Shown piece after piece: positions 31,607-40,667 of a stretch of DNA of 64,000 nucleotides (its first letter is position 1; each line of letters starts with the position of its first letter). Made by a program: the position numbers and the translations under genes. Origin of the DNA: an uncultured Alphaproteobacteria bacterium (lineage in GTDB: Bacteria; Pseudomonadota; Alphaproteobacteria; Rhizobiales; Aestuariivirgaceae); assembly GCA_963700895.1 (NCBI GenBank), contig CAVOZI010000010.1, positions 4,113-68,112 of the forward strand, given 5' to 3'. Below the pieces are notes generated by a model that saw nothing but the letters and a program-made list of their open reading frames with translations, did no database searches and was not told the DNA's origin.

Positions 31607-32869
31607 TTACTTGGTCAGGATCACGCTGCCGCCAGTAGCCCCGAGCCCGGCGGGAACCGGTACGTCTGTCAGGTGGTAGTTCGAGTTCAGTACAAGACGG
31701 GGATATTTGTTCAACTGTATGGTGTTGGCAATGATTGCCGTGTAGGCGGATTGGTCCGCGACAGGCTTTTTCGAGGATACCGCGAAATTGCCCTTTGGCA
31801 GATAGATGGTGCCGACCAGTTCACGGGCGTTCTCGCTCACGATTTCATGTTTCTGGCCTGCAGGATTCGATCGGTCTTCATAGAACAGCAGGCCTGCCAT
31901 CTCTCCGCTTGTAGGAGCGCTCAAGCTAACTGTCGACCCTCCCGCGAACAGGAACCTGGCCCCACTGCCGGTGAGGAAAAAGCCCACATTACTGCCTGTG
32001 ACAGTGGCTGTATGGGTGACTTGAAAGCTGCCGTCCTTGATGATGTAGGTACCTTCGTTGAACGTTACATTCGACGTACCTGAAATTAGCAGGCCACCGC
32101 AGTACACCCCTGGATGAAGCGTGCGCACTTCGCTGTTAACGGACAGATTGGTGTAATCGCACGCTCCGGCGACAGGTGCCGGGCGTCCGGCAAGAGGGTC
32201 AGCCATTACCGGACAATCCGACACTGGCGCCGGATTAATGTTCGATGACCCACCAGCGTATCCGCCCGAAGTGCATATCGCCGATGCCATCAGCAGCGAA
32301 TTCTTGTATGAACTCAGGCCGGTTGTGGACACCGAGTTGGAATAGGCTCCGCAGTCATTTGCCTCGAGGACGGCGTCCCCGGTCAAAGTCAGTGCCGCCG
32401 AGGCGCCGGGATCGAGCGCGAGTACACAGATCTTGGTCCCGCCAACCAGTTTCGCAGCGGTCGTCACAACAGCGGGTGTCTTTACGTCGCCCAGCAGCAC
32501 GTGAGCCAGCATCGGCGACCAGTCCTGCGACAGCACCACCTTGACCTCGTCTCCCGACATACTGATCGTGGTTTGGACACTGATACCGTCCTGGCCCTTC
32601 TGCCAGGCAATCTCTTCGGCCTTCTGCTTCACATAGCTCTCGACTGCCGCTTTCGCGGAATCGGAGCTCATGTTGGCAACCGCCATGCTGCGCACTGCTG
32701 CCACGGCCGCACCGTCGGCGAGCCCCTGAAGGTTCGCTACGGTGGTGTTGTAGCGGGCATAGTCGACAGCAACACCGGCAACCCCGACAAGCAGCGGGGC
32801 TATGATGCCGAAAATCATCGCCACCGACCCTGCGGTCTGTCTTGCGAGTGCCTTTAGCCGAGCAATCAT
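31607..32869 (-). CDS. TadE/TadG-like pilus assembly protein
   Basis: GSVAMIFGI...GVAVDY...LQ..AD.AA.A pseudopilin N-terminus; C-terminal CVLAL...PGVYCGG domain. Confidence 0.8.
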   Translation of the reverse strand: MIARLKALARQTAGSVAMIFGIIAPLLVGVAGVAVDYARYNTTVANLQGLADGAAVAAVRSMAVANMSSDSAKAAVESYVKQKAEEIAWQKGQDGISVQTTISMSGDEVKVVLSQDWSPMLAHVLLGDVKTPAVVTTAAKLVGGTKICVLALDPGASAALTLTGDAVLEANDCGAYSNSVSTTGLSSYKNSLLMASAICTSGGYAGGSSNINPAPVSDCPVMADPLAGRPAPVAGACDYTNLSVNSEVRTLHPGVYCGGLLISGTSNVTFNEGTYIIKDGSFQVTHTATVTGSNVGFFLTGSGARFLFAGGSTVSLSAPTSGEMAGLLFYEDRSNPAGQKHEIVSENARELVGTIYLPKGNFAVSSKKPVADQSAYTAIIANTIQLNKYPRLVLNSNYHLTDVPVPAGLGATGGSVILTK

Positions 32870-32993
32870 GAATGGTCCTGAGGCAGAAAGGGCAGAGGAC
32901 ACTGCCAGTTCAAAGATCGTCTGGCAGATTACCTTACGAGACTGCAGCGGACGTTAACGCACCATTTCAAACTGCCGGGTTCAGCGCTTGCGG

Positions 32994-33074
32994 TTACCGG
33001 TTTGTTAATCGCCACACTCGCTGGCAGCTGATGGGGGCCTCAACCCGCTCCTCCAGCCAGCGTTTGTTAACCAT
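32994..33074. promoter_or_regulatory. Candidate CtrA sites between tadG and the hybrid kinase
   Basis: TTAC-N7-TTAA at 32994-33008 (reverse TTAA-N7-GTAAC) and TTAACCAT at 33067-33074. Confidence 0.55.
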
Positions 33075-33119
33075 AACAGGTCTATCAAGGAGGCTGGCCG
33101 GGCAAGCCCTTGCGCGGTC

Positions 33120-35912
33120 TTGGGAAGTTACATCCAGGTGCTGCCTTTGCGAGACGCGCTTCTGAAGGTCCTGACATTCAACATTGCCCGCAAGATCACC
33201 GTGGTCGTGCTGGCCGCCGTGCTTGTTGCCGTACTGTCGGCGACCAGCTTTTACGTCTATCGTCAGACGACCCAGAACCTCGAAGCCCGCGAAGCCATGC
33301 TGACCGCCACGGCACAGGTATTTGCAGCAAGTGTTGCGCCGCACCTGAAGTCCGGGGACAAGCAGGCAGCACTCAATTCCCTGCGCGCGATAGGCAAGCT
33401 CAATAACATCCCGTACATCGCAGCCAGCCTCGGCGACGGCCAGATCTTCGCTGCCCTCGGCAGCGCCGTCATCGTCGAGCAAGGCCAGGGTCTCGGCACG
33501 ATCAGCCCGGACAAGTCGGCCAAGGGCGTAATGGCAATGGTGGTAAATCCAACCATGTCTGTATCCGTCGAGGCCATACAGGGCGGCCAGCGCGTCGGCT
33601 TCGTCTCCCTGCTGGCAGATATTTCGGACCTGCGCAGCCAGCTGCTTGAAGGCGTGTTTGCATCGATGATCGCCGCGCTGTTCGCCTGCGTGCTGGGCCT
33701 GGGCGTTTCGTCGGGCCTGAAGCGCAGCGTCACCTCGCCGCTGGCCAGCCTGATGCAGGTGATTGCCCGGGTGCGCGACGAGCATGACTATTCGGTACGC
33801 GCGGAGCGGCTGAGCAATGACGAGATCGGCAAACTTGTCGACGCTTTCAACTCCATGCTGGACCAGATCAATGCCCGCGACGTTGACCTGGCCCGCCACC
33901 GGGCAGGCCTTGAGCGCACGGTCGAGCAACGCACGTCCCAGTTGCGCATCGCCAAGGAAGCCGCCGAAGCGGCATCGGAAGCCAAATCCAGCTTCCTCGC
34001 CACCATGAGCCATGAAATCCGCACCCCCATGAACGGCATCATGGTAATGGCCGAACTGCTCGCCGCAGGGCGCCTTCCGGGCGGCATGCAGCGATATGCC
34101 GATGTGATCGTCAGTTCCGGCCATTCGCTGCTGACAATCATCAACGACCTGCTCGACCTTTCCAAGATCGAGGCCGGCAAGCTGCAGCTGGAGAGCGTGG
34201 CCGTAACGCCACGCACGGCGATCGACCACGTGCTGGCGCTGTTCTGGGAACGCGCCAATTCAGGCGGCGTTCAGCTGGTCTCCTATGTTGATCCCAAGGT
34301 GCCGCAAACCTTTACCTCGGATCCGGTGCGACTGACCCAGATTCTCACCAACCTTGCCAACAACGCCATCAAGTTTACCGAACAGGGCTATGTCGGCATT
34401 GCCGCGCGCATGGTGAAGGCGCCGGTCGAAGGCGATCCGGACCAGATCGAGTTTACCGTCATCGATACCGGCATCGGCATCAGCGAGGACAAGCTTGCCA
34501 CGATATTCGAAGCGTTTACGCAGGCCGACGCCAGCACGACCCGCAAGTACGGCGGTACCGGTCTTGGCCTGTCCATCGTCAAGCGCCTCGTGGATGCCAT
34601 GGGCGGCACCATTGCCGCACAAAGCAGGCCGGGTCAGGGCAGCCGGTTCATCGTCACCCTTCCGTGTCCTGGCGCCAGCTCTCACGCTGCACCGCGTCTC
34701 GATGATTGCACGCTTGCCCCGGCTCTTGTCTGTCTCGGCGACGAAAGCCTCGCGCGGGCCATAACCAGCCAGTTCATGGCCTTTGGTCTGAAGGTTGAAG
34801 CCCTGCCTGCCACCAGCATCACGCCCGGCGTGCTTGGCCGGTATGAGGTGATGTTTACCTCGGTACAAATTGCCCACGACATCCTCGATCTCAACGCGGC
34901 AAAGCTGCCGCGGATGATCATCGTACAACCGATTGGCAATTCCGGCGCCCAGTCCATGCTGGCCAGCGGCCTTGCCCACGACATCCTGCCTTTGCCGCTG
35001 TCACAGGCTGACATGGAAGCCCTTGCAGGCAGCCTTGCCGGTGGCGCCCTGCGCGGCCGCAAGGCGCTGGATTCAGCAAGCAGGCAGACACTCGACCTGC
35101 CCGATCTCTCCAGCGTCAAGGTTCTTGTGGCCGACGACAATGCCGTAAACCGTGAAGTCGTCTCGGAGGTGCTTCGCCAGTTGAAGGCCGGCTTCGACAT
35201 GGCCGAAAACGGCTCGGAAGCCGTCAGGCTGTGGCGCCGGAACAGGTATGACGTGGTGCTCATGGACTGCTCCATGCCGGTCATGGACGGTTTGAAGGCA
35301 ACACGGCTGATCCGCGAGGAAGAACGGGCAACAAAACGCTCGCGCACGCCGGTGATTGCGCTGACGGCCCACCTCGAGGGCGGAGGCACGGCGCATGCCT
35401 GGCGTGACGCCGGCATGGATCGCAAGATCACCAAGCCGTTCACCCTGCAACAGATTGCCAATGCCCTGCAGGAGCTGGGCGGCACCGGGTCATCAACTGC
35501 AGCAGAAGCGGTCATCCGTCCAGATGAACCCGTCTCGCGGGATGATTGCAGTGCCGTGAGCCTGCCGCAACTCGACGAAACGGTTCTGGCCGGTCTCACC
35601 AGCATCGGCAGCGACGACCCGGCCTTCCTTGCGCGCATGATCGCCCTGTTCGAAACCAGTGCCGGGCCGGCACTGGAGCGCATAGAGGCGGCAGCTTCGC
35701 AGACCGAAAGCGTGGCCCTTGCCGACGCCGTTCACGCCTTGAAGTCCATGGCCTCCAACATGGGTGCAGCCCGCCTGGCTGCCATCTGCGCGGACATCGA
35801 ACGCCGCGCCCGTGATGGCGAGGCCGTCGACATGGGACTTGCCTGCCGCCAGGTATCAGAAGAACTGAACGCAGCGATAAGTGCCCTTCAAAAACGTTGC
35901 AATGCAGCCTGA
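33120..35912 (+). CDS. Hybrid sensor histidine kinase (periplasmic sensor-HAMP-HisKA-HATPase-REC-Hpt); start uncertain
   Basis: FLATMSHEIRTPMNG, NLANNAIKFT, DTGIG, GGTGLGL, VADDN...LMDCSMP, VHALKS. Confidence 0.92.
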   Translation: MGSYIQVLPLRDALLKVLTFNIARKITVVVLAAVLVAVLSATSFYVYRQTTQNLEAREAMLTATAQVFAASVAPHLKSGDKQAALNSLRAIGKLNNIPYIAASLGDGQIFAALGSAVIVEQGQGLGTISPDKSAKGVMAMVVNPTMSVSVEAIQGGQRVGFVSLLADISDLRSQLLEGVFASMIAALFACVLGLGVSSGLKRSVTSPLASLMQVIARVRDEHDYSVRAERLSNDEIGKLVDAFNSMLDQINARDVDLARHRAGLERTVEQRTSQLRIAKEAAEAASEAKSSFLATMSHEIRTPMNGIMVMAELLAAGRLPGGMQRYADVIVSSGHSLLTIINDLLDLSKIEAGKLQLESVAVTPRTAIDHVLALFWERANSGGVQLVSYVDPKVPQTFTSDPVRLTQILTNLANNAIKFTEQGYVGIAARMVKAPVEGDPDQIEFTVIDTGIGISEDKLATIFEAFTQADASTTRKYGGTGLGLSIVKRLVDAMGGTIAAQSRPGQGSRFIVTLPCPGASSHAAPRLDDCTLAPALVCLGDESLARAITSQFMAFGLKVEALPATSITPGVLGRYEVMFTSVQIAHDILDLNAAKLPRMIIVQPIGNSGAQSMLASGLAHDILPLPLSQADMEALAGSLAGGALRGRKALDSASRQTLDLPDLSSVKVLVADDNAVNREVVSEVLRQLKAGFDMAENGSEAVRLWRRNRYDVVLMDCSMPVMDGLKATRLIREEERATKRSRTPVIALTAHLEGGGTAHAWRDAGMDRKITKPFTLQQIANALQELGGTGSSTAAEAVIRPDEPVSRDDCSAVSLPQLDETVLAGLTSIGSDDPAFLARMIALFETSAGPALERIEAAASQTESVALADAVHALKSMASNMGAARLAAICADIERRARDGEAVDMGLACRQVSEELNAAISALQKRCNAA

Positions 35913-36004
35913 CGGACACGGCTGGTGCAACTTGCAAATGGCGGCGAACTGCGCCATCCATCTGCCGGCCCGTTAGGCGACGTACCGGAAAGAACCTGTC
36001 CTTC

Positions 36005-36955
36005 ATGTCCGCATCCGCCGATCATCGCTACTGCGTTCATGGCCTGCTGGTGCAGGCCGCTTTCGCGGTACCGGAGCTGCTGCCGGTGACGGCAGATCAT
36101 CCGGACCACGTACTCGATGCCACGCCCGTCAGCCTGACCATGTCCAGCCTGCCCGGCACGATCCCTCACCGGGCTGTGTCAAAGGATGGCTACCTGATCT
36201 CGGATTCCCAGGTGTTCATGTCCCTCACCAAAGGCATCCGTTGCCTGGTGGAGGCAGGCGCCGCAGTCACCGTCGATCCCGGGCATGGCGCCAATGAACC
36301 GGCGGCCCGCTTGTTCGCCCTGTCAGCGGGCATCGGCAGCCTGCTCCATCAGCGTGGGTACTTTCCGCTGCACTGCGCCGCCATCGACACGCCAGCCGGC
36401 TGCGTGGTGTTTGCCGGCAATGCCGGCGACGGCAAGTCGACGCTCGCGGCAAGCCTGTCGGGCGCCGGGTTCATGCTGTTCACTGACGACCGGTTGACGC
36501 TGCACCGCACCAGCCAGTCGGAGTATACCGCCGCGCTGTCCATGCCGGTACTGCACCTGTTCGAGGAAGGCGCTGGCCTTGCCGGCCTCGATGGCAGCGA
36601 ACTGGCCATCGACAGCTACCGGTTCGGCAAGCACATTCATCTGGTGCCGGGCCGGTACGCGGCAGAGCCGCGGCTGGTTGCAGGGCTTTACTTCACCGAC
36701 TGGCATGAAGATGCTGCCGCCGCGCCGGTGATCGGCCCGATGGGCAGCATCGATGCCATGATGCGGCTTCGGCGTGACGTCTCGCTTGCCCACCTCGTCG
36801 AACTGCTCGGCCACGAGAAACGCTTCCTGCCCTGGGCCGCGGGGCTGTGCAGGTCCGTACCCGTGTTCAGCCTGCGCCGGCCGAAGGACATGGCCCGGCA
36901 CCGCGAAAGCCTGGACTTGATTATCCGCCACGTTCGGGAGAACTTCTTCGCATGA
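36005..36955 (+). CDS. HPr-kinase-like P-loop kinase of the lasso-peptide-cluster type
   Basis: LHCAAI...FAGNAGDGKSTLA...FTDD. Confidence 0.78.
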   Translation: MSASADHRYCVHGLLVQAAFAVPELLPVTADHPDHVLDATPVSLTMSSLPGTIPHRAVSKDGYLISDSQVFMSLTKGIRCLVEAGAAVTVDPGHGANEPAARLFALSAGIGSLLHQRGYFPLHCAAIDTPAGCVVFAGNAGDGKSTLAASLSGAGFMLFTDDRLTLHRTSQSEYTAALSMPVLHLFEEGAGLAGLDGSELAIDSYRFGKHIHLVPGRYAAEPRLVAGLYFTDWHEDAAAAPVIGPMGSIDAMMRLRRDVSLAHLVELLGHEKRFLPWAAGLCRSVPVFSLRRPKDMARHRESLDLIIRHVRENFFA

Positions 36956-37242
36956 GCACAGCCGCCATCAATGCCGCCACCGTGCTGAGCCGGTCAGCCG
37001 AACTGCCACAGGCAGAACTCGGACCCGACGACACCGTTCTGCTGGATGCCAACCACGGCGTCTATTACGGCCTCGAGGGACCGGCCCGCGCGATCTGGGA
37101 CATGCTGGCGAGCGACCTCACCTTCGGCCAGGTCTGCGACCGGCTGATCGAGATGTACGATGTCGATGCCGAGACCTGCAGGCGCGACACCCTGGCCTTC
37201 GTGGAGCAGCTTGTCGAGAACGGTCTTGTCACCGCGCGCTGA
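36952..37242 (+). CDS. PqqD-family RiPP recognition element (lasso B1-like)
   Basis: 96 aa; TVLLD...YYGL...AIWDML...CDRL...YDVD...RD...FVEQL..NGL; ATGA overlap with kinase. Confidence 0.88.
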   Translation: MSTAAINAATVLSRSAELPQAELGPDDTVLLDANHGVYYGLEGPARAIWDMLASDLTFGQVCDRLIEMYDVDAETCRRDTLAFVEQLVENGLVTAR

Positions 37243-37249
37243 AACGGCC

Positions 37250-37690
37250 GTGCGCAAGCTGATGCGCCTGAGCGCGCGCGAACTGGCAGCCATTGCCACG
37301 GCCTGCCGGCTGCTGGCGCAGGCGCGGATCGACCTGGCCCGCCAGCCTGTCCGCCTTGTGCTGGAGGACCTCGCCTCCCCACCTTCGCAACTGCCTGTTT
37401 CCGGGCATCAGGCGAAGCTGGTCAGTTGGGCCATTGCCGCCGCCGCCGTGCGTGTTCCATGGCGGGCGGATTGCCTGATCCGCGCCATGGCTGCAGCCAG
37501 ATGGCTGCGCCGCGAGGGAGCGGTATGGAAACTTTCCATCGGCGTACGGCGCGAACCCGACGGCCGGCTTGGCGCTCACGCCTGGCTGGAAAGCGGCGGC
37601 GTCGTCATCACCGGCAACTTGCCGGACCTCAACTCGTTCCGGCCCATTCCGCTGGAAGAGTTTGGCAAGCTCGACCTGCCGCTGGACTGA
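37250..37690 (+). CDS. Lasso peptide B2-type transglutaminase-like protease
   Basis: VPWRADCLIRAMA...IGVRR...AHAWLES Cys/His motifs; GTG start at 37250 (or ATG 37262). Confidence 0.85.
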   Translation: MRKLMRLSARELAAIATACRLLAQARIDLARQPVRLVLEDLASPPSQLPVSGHQAKLVSWAIAAAAVRVPWRADCLIRAMAAARWLRREGAVWKLSIGVRREPDGRLGAHAWLESGGVVITGNLPDLNSFRPIPLEEFGKLDLPLD

Positions 37691-37830
37691 GCCGCTTGCA
37701 CCCGCCGCAAGGCGATTCGTGCGAAAATTCAACACCAGGTTAACCGCAAATGAACCATACCTGCTTCAACTCTGAGCCAAGCAAAGAACGGCCTCACAAC
37801 AATCTGAAGGTGTCAAAAATGATGCAAAAA

Positions 37831-39564
37831 TCAGCCGTCAGAAGGCAAAACCTGGCCATTCACGACTTCGTACCGGTGATCGCACCAGCCAAGATTGTCG
37901 AGCTTGTGGGCAACGATCAGCATAGTGCAACCGGGCAGCAATGACCTGAGATTTTCGGTCACCCTTTGCTCGTCGCGCGGGTTGAGCGCACTGGTCGCCT
38001 CGTCGAGCAGCAGCAGTTTCGGCCTATGCACCAGTGCACGCGCCAGGGCAATACGCTGGCGCTGGCCGCGCGATAGCCGCTGGCCCCGGTCACCGAGTTG
38101 CTCATCGAGCTGTCCAGGCAGCCTCTTCACGAAGTCATCCGCCCCTGCCTGCTGCAAGGGCTTCCAGACAAGGTCGTCAGAAAGCCCGTTTCCGGCGAAC
38201 CTGGTAACGTTGTCGCGAACGGTAGCATTGTTCAACTGGGTGTCCTGCACCACGTAGGCCACCTGAGCGCACCATGCGGCGCGGTTTTCATCATCGAGCG
38301 GCACCCCGTCGATCCGCACCACTCCTGCATCCGGCTTGAGCAAGCCGGACACCAGGTCCAGCAAGGTTGTCTTGCCTGCACCTGACAACCCGGCCACGAC
38401 GGTGGCGCGGCCCTCACGGATAGTGATGTTGATCTTGTTCAGCACGGGATCAGCCGCGCCTGGATAGGTAAACGAGACATCCCTTAATTCAATTTCACGG
38501 TCGAAGGCCGGCGCGGTCCCCTTGCCATCAGCTGCACTGTCGCGGTGCTGCACCATGTTGTGGGTCAGTCCCGACAGCCGTTGCCACGCCGGCAACACGA
38601 ACAACATTTCGCGCAACGATGACTGCAGGCTCCGCACCGCCGGGAACAGCCGGATGAAGATTAGCGCCACGGCAACGGGACCAGCCTGCAGCGTCGTCTG
38701 GTATTGCGTGGCGAGGTAGACCAGACCGATCAGCAGGAACGCCCCCGCAACCTCGTGAAACAGCCCGATGGACGAAGCGGCGCGGGCCCTGGATAGGCCG
38801 GTATCGCGATACTTGCCTGCCATCTCCTCGAAAATCTGCTGGCGATCCTGACCGGCATTGGCGACCTTCGCTGCCTTTAGGTCGTCCAGCTCACGCGCGA
38901 AGGCCGCGAACAAGTCCTCCAACTGCCCGGCGTGGCGCCGGGACAGCTGCAGCAGCTTCATGTCGAACGCCAGAACCGGGATTGCCACAACCAGCGCAAG
39001 ACCGGCCACGATCAATGTCAGCCGGGGCTCGATCGCCGCCGCGACCAGCAGGCTGACCATGGCGATGGTAAACGCCGACACCATTCTGGCCAGCACGACG
39101 ATGCCGTATCCCGACTGCTCGGCGTGAACGCTCAGCGAATGGTTGATCCGGGAGGCATCCTGCAGCGCAAGATGCGGCCAGGCCGCATCAAGCGATGCGC
39201 GATGGGCCCGCACGCGGATGTGGTACAGGAACTCGCCTTGCAGGCGCGCCGACACCTGCTGCTGCACGAAACCGATGGCCGACCGTATCAGCATGACCAG
39301 CAGGAAAAGCACCAGCACGCCGGTGAGAGTGAGGCTGGAAAGCCAGTTGACGGCAGCTGCCGGCAGATAACTGCTGCCAGCCTGCACGGCTTCTCCATTG
39401 ACGCGGGCACCGCCAAAACCGAGCAGCGCCAGCAACGGCAGGATGAGCACGAGGCCGAACCCCTCGCTGAGCGACCTCAGCAGCATCAGCCCTGCGGCCA
39501 GCAGCATCTGACCCGGCTTGAACCGCCAGACCGCTGCCAGGTAGCTGGCAAGCACTTTCAGCAT
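37831..39564 (-). CDS. ABC exporter, fused permease/ATPase (no C39 domain)
   Basis: SEGFGLVLILPLL TM region, GLSGAGKTT, LSRGQRQR, LDEATSAL. Confidence 0.88.
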   Translation of the reverse strand: MLKVLASYLAAVWRFKPGQMLLAAGLMLLRSLSEGFGLVLILPLLALLGFGGARVNGEAVQAGSSYLPAAAVNWLSSLTLTGVLVLFLLVMLIRSAIGFVQQQVSARLQGEFLYHIRVRAHRASLDAAWPHLALQDASRINHSLSVHAEQSGYGIVVLARMVSAFTIAMVSLLVAAAIEPRLTLIVAGLALVVAIPVLAFDMKLLQLSRRHAGQLEDLFAAFARELDDLKAAKVANAGQDRQQIFEEMAGKYRDTGLSRARAASSIGLFHEVAGAFLLIGLVYLATQYQTTLQAGPVAVALIFIRLFPAVRSLQSSLREMLFVLPAWQRLSGLTHNMVQHRDSAADGKGTAPAFDREIELRDVSFTYPGAADPVLNKINITIREGRATVVAGLSGAGKTTLLDLVSGLLKPDAGVVRIDGVPLDDENRAAWCAQVAYVVQDTQLNNATVRDNVTRFAGNGLSDDLVWKPLQQAGADDFVKRLPGQLDEQLGDRGQRLSRGQRQRIALARALVHRPKLLLLDEATSALNPRDEQRVTENLRSLLPGCTMLIVAHKLDNLGWCDHRYEVVNGQVLPSDG

Positions 39565-39572
39565 TGCCTCGT

Positions 39573-40349
39573 TCAAACCCAGCCTCGCAGCCGGTAAACA
39601 GCCAGCCCTATCCACTCCTTCAGGCAAAGTGTGCTTGTCATCAGCGCATCGGCGGATGGCAGGTAGCCAAACGGAAAGCCGGAGCTGATCGAGGAGGACT
39701 GGGTATCGATGGAGACCGGCGTGAACCTTATGCCTGCCCGCCTGAATACAGCCGCAGCCCGCGGCATGTGCCAGGCCGAGGTAACCAGCAGCGCCGTTTC
39801 GAGGCCGTTATCCGCCATCAGTTTCGCCGTCAGAACGCCGTTTTCGTAGGTATTGCGCGAGTTGCCTTCCTGCAGGATCGCTGCTTCGCCGACGCCAAGC
39901 TGGCCCAGCAGTTGCGATGTGTACTCGGCCTCCGGATCCCGGTCGGGATCGGGAAACAACTGGCCGCCGCTGGCGATGATGCGCGGGGCCAGCCCGGCCT
40001 TGAACAATCTCGCCGCATGAATGACCCGGTCAACGCTTTCCTGCATGTCGGGATTAGGGTTCAGCGGCGTCGGCGCATTGATCGACCCGCCAAGCACCAC
40101 GATGACATCAGCCGGGACCAAGTTCTGCACCGGCACCACCGGATACTGGCGCTCCAGAGACGATGCCAGCAACGCCGCCACCACCGGCGTCGCGGCGAGC
40201 CACATGTAAAGCGTTCCACAGACCAGCACGGTCAATCCGGTGCGCTTCCAGCCCCATGCAAGAAACAGCAGGCACGCCAGCACTGACAGCACCGCGAAGC
40301 CGGCTGGATAGGCGAAAACCGGGACGATCTTGTCAAGCAGGATGGACAT
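39573..40349 (-). CDS. YdcF/ElyC (DUF218) envelope protein
   Basis: IVVLGG, DR...AARL, SGG, EGNSRNTYEN, LVTSAWHMPRA, KEWIG. Confidence 0.88.
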   Translation of the reverse strand: MSILLDKIVPVFAYPAGFAVLSVLACLLFLAWGWKRTGLTVLVCGTLYMWLAATPVVAALLASSLERQYPVVPVQNLVPADVIVVLGGSINAPTPLNPNPDMQESVDRVIHAARLFKAGLAPRIIASGGQLFPDPDRDPEAEYTSQLLGQLGVGEAAILQEGNSRNTYENGVLTAKLMADNGLETALLVTSAWHMPRAAAVFRRAGIRFTPVSIDTQSSSISSGFPFGYLPSADALMTSTLCLKEWIGLAVYRLRGWV

Positions 40350-40667
40350 GGCGGAGTCAGTTTGGCTGTTGGCTGCGCGATTTGTCGAGCGGCTTTTGGA
40401 TTGCCCCTGCGCAGCAGGCAAAGCCCGTTCAGGCGGTGCACGCAAAACGAGTCAACTGAGTTCAATTTCAATTCTTCCGTAAAGACTCTCTTAGGTCCTC
40501 GCGCTGTAGTTTTACGCTCTGCTGCATCTGCGCGTCTGCGTGGATGAAGCAGTGCGTTGCCCAGTGGAGAGATGAGACAGTGAGTATGTATTGCCTAATC
40601 AGGCTGGCCGTTCAGGCTGGCGTTGCCCGGGTGCGTTGAGATGAGCACCATTACCGGCGACGCCAAT

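Noticed and set aside
37750-37944. Small ORF as the lasso precursor
   Set aside because: No YxxP leader, no Thr(-2)/Gly1...Asp/Glu8-9 pattern, and it overlaps the ABC gene antisense
37831-39564. ABC transporter as the adhesin's type I secretion ATPase
   Set aside because: No C39-like domain and no adjacent HlyD/TolC; the sequence looks like a small-molecule/glycolipid or RiPP exporter. Not strictly excluded
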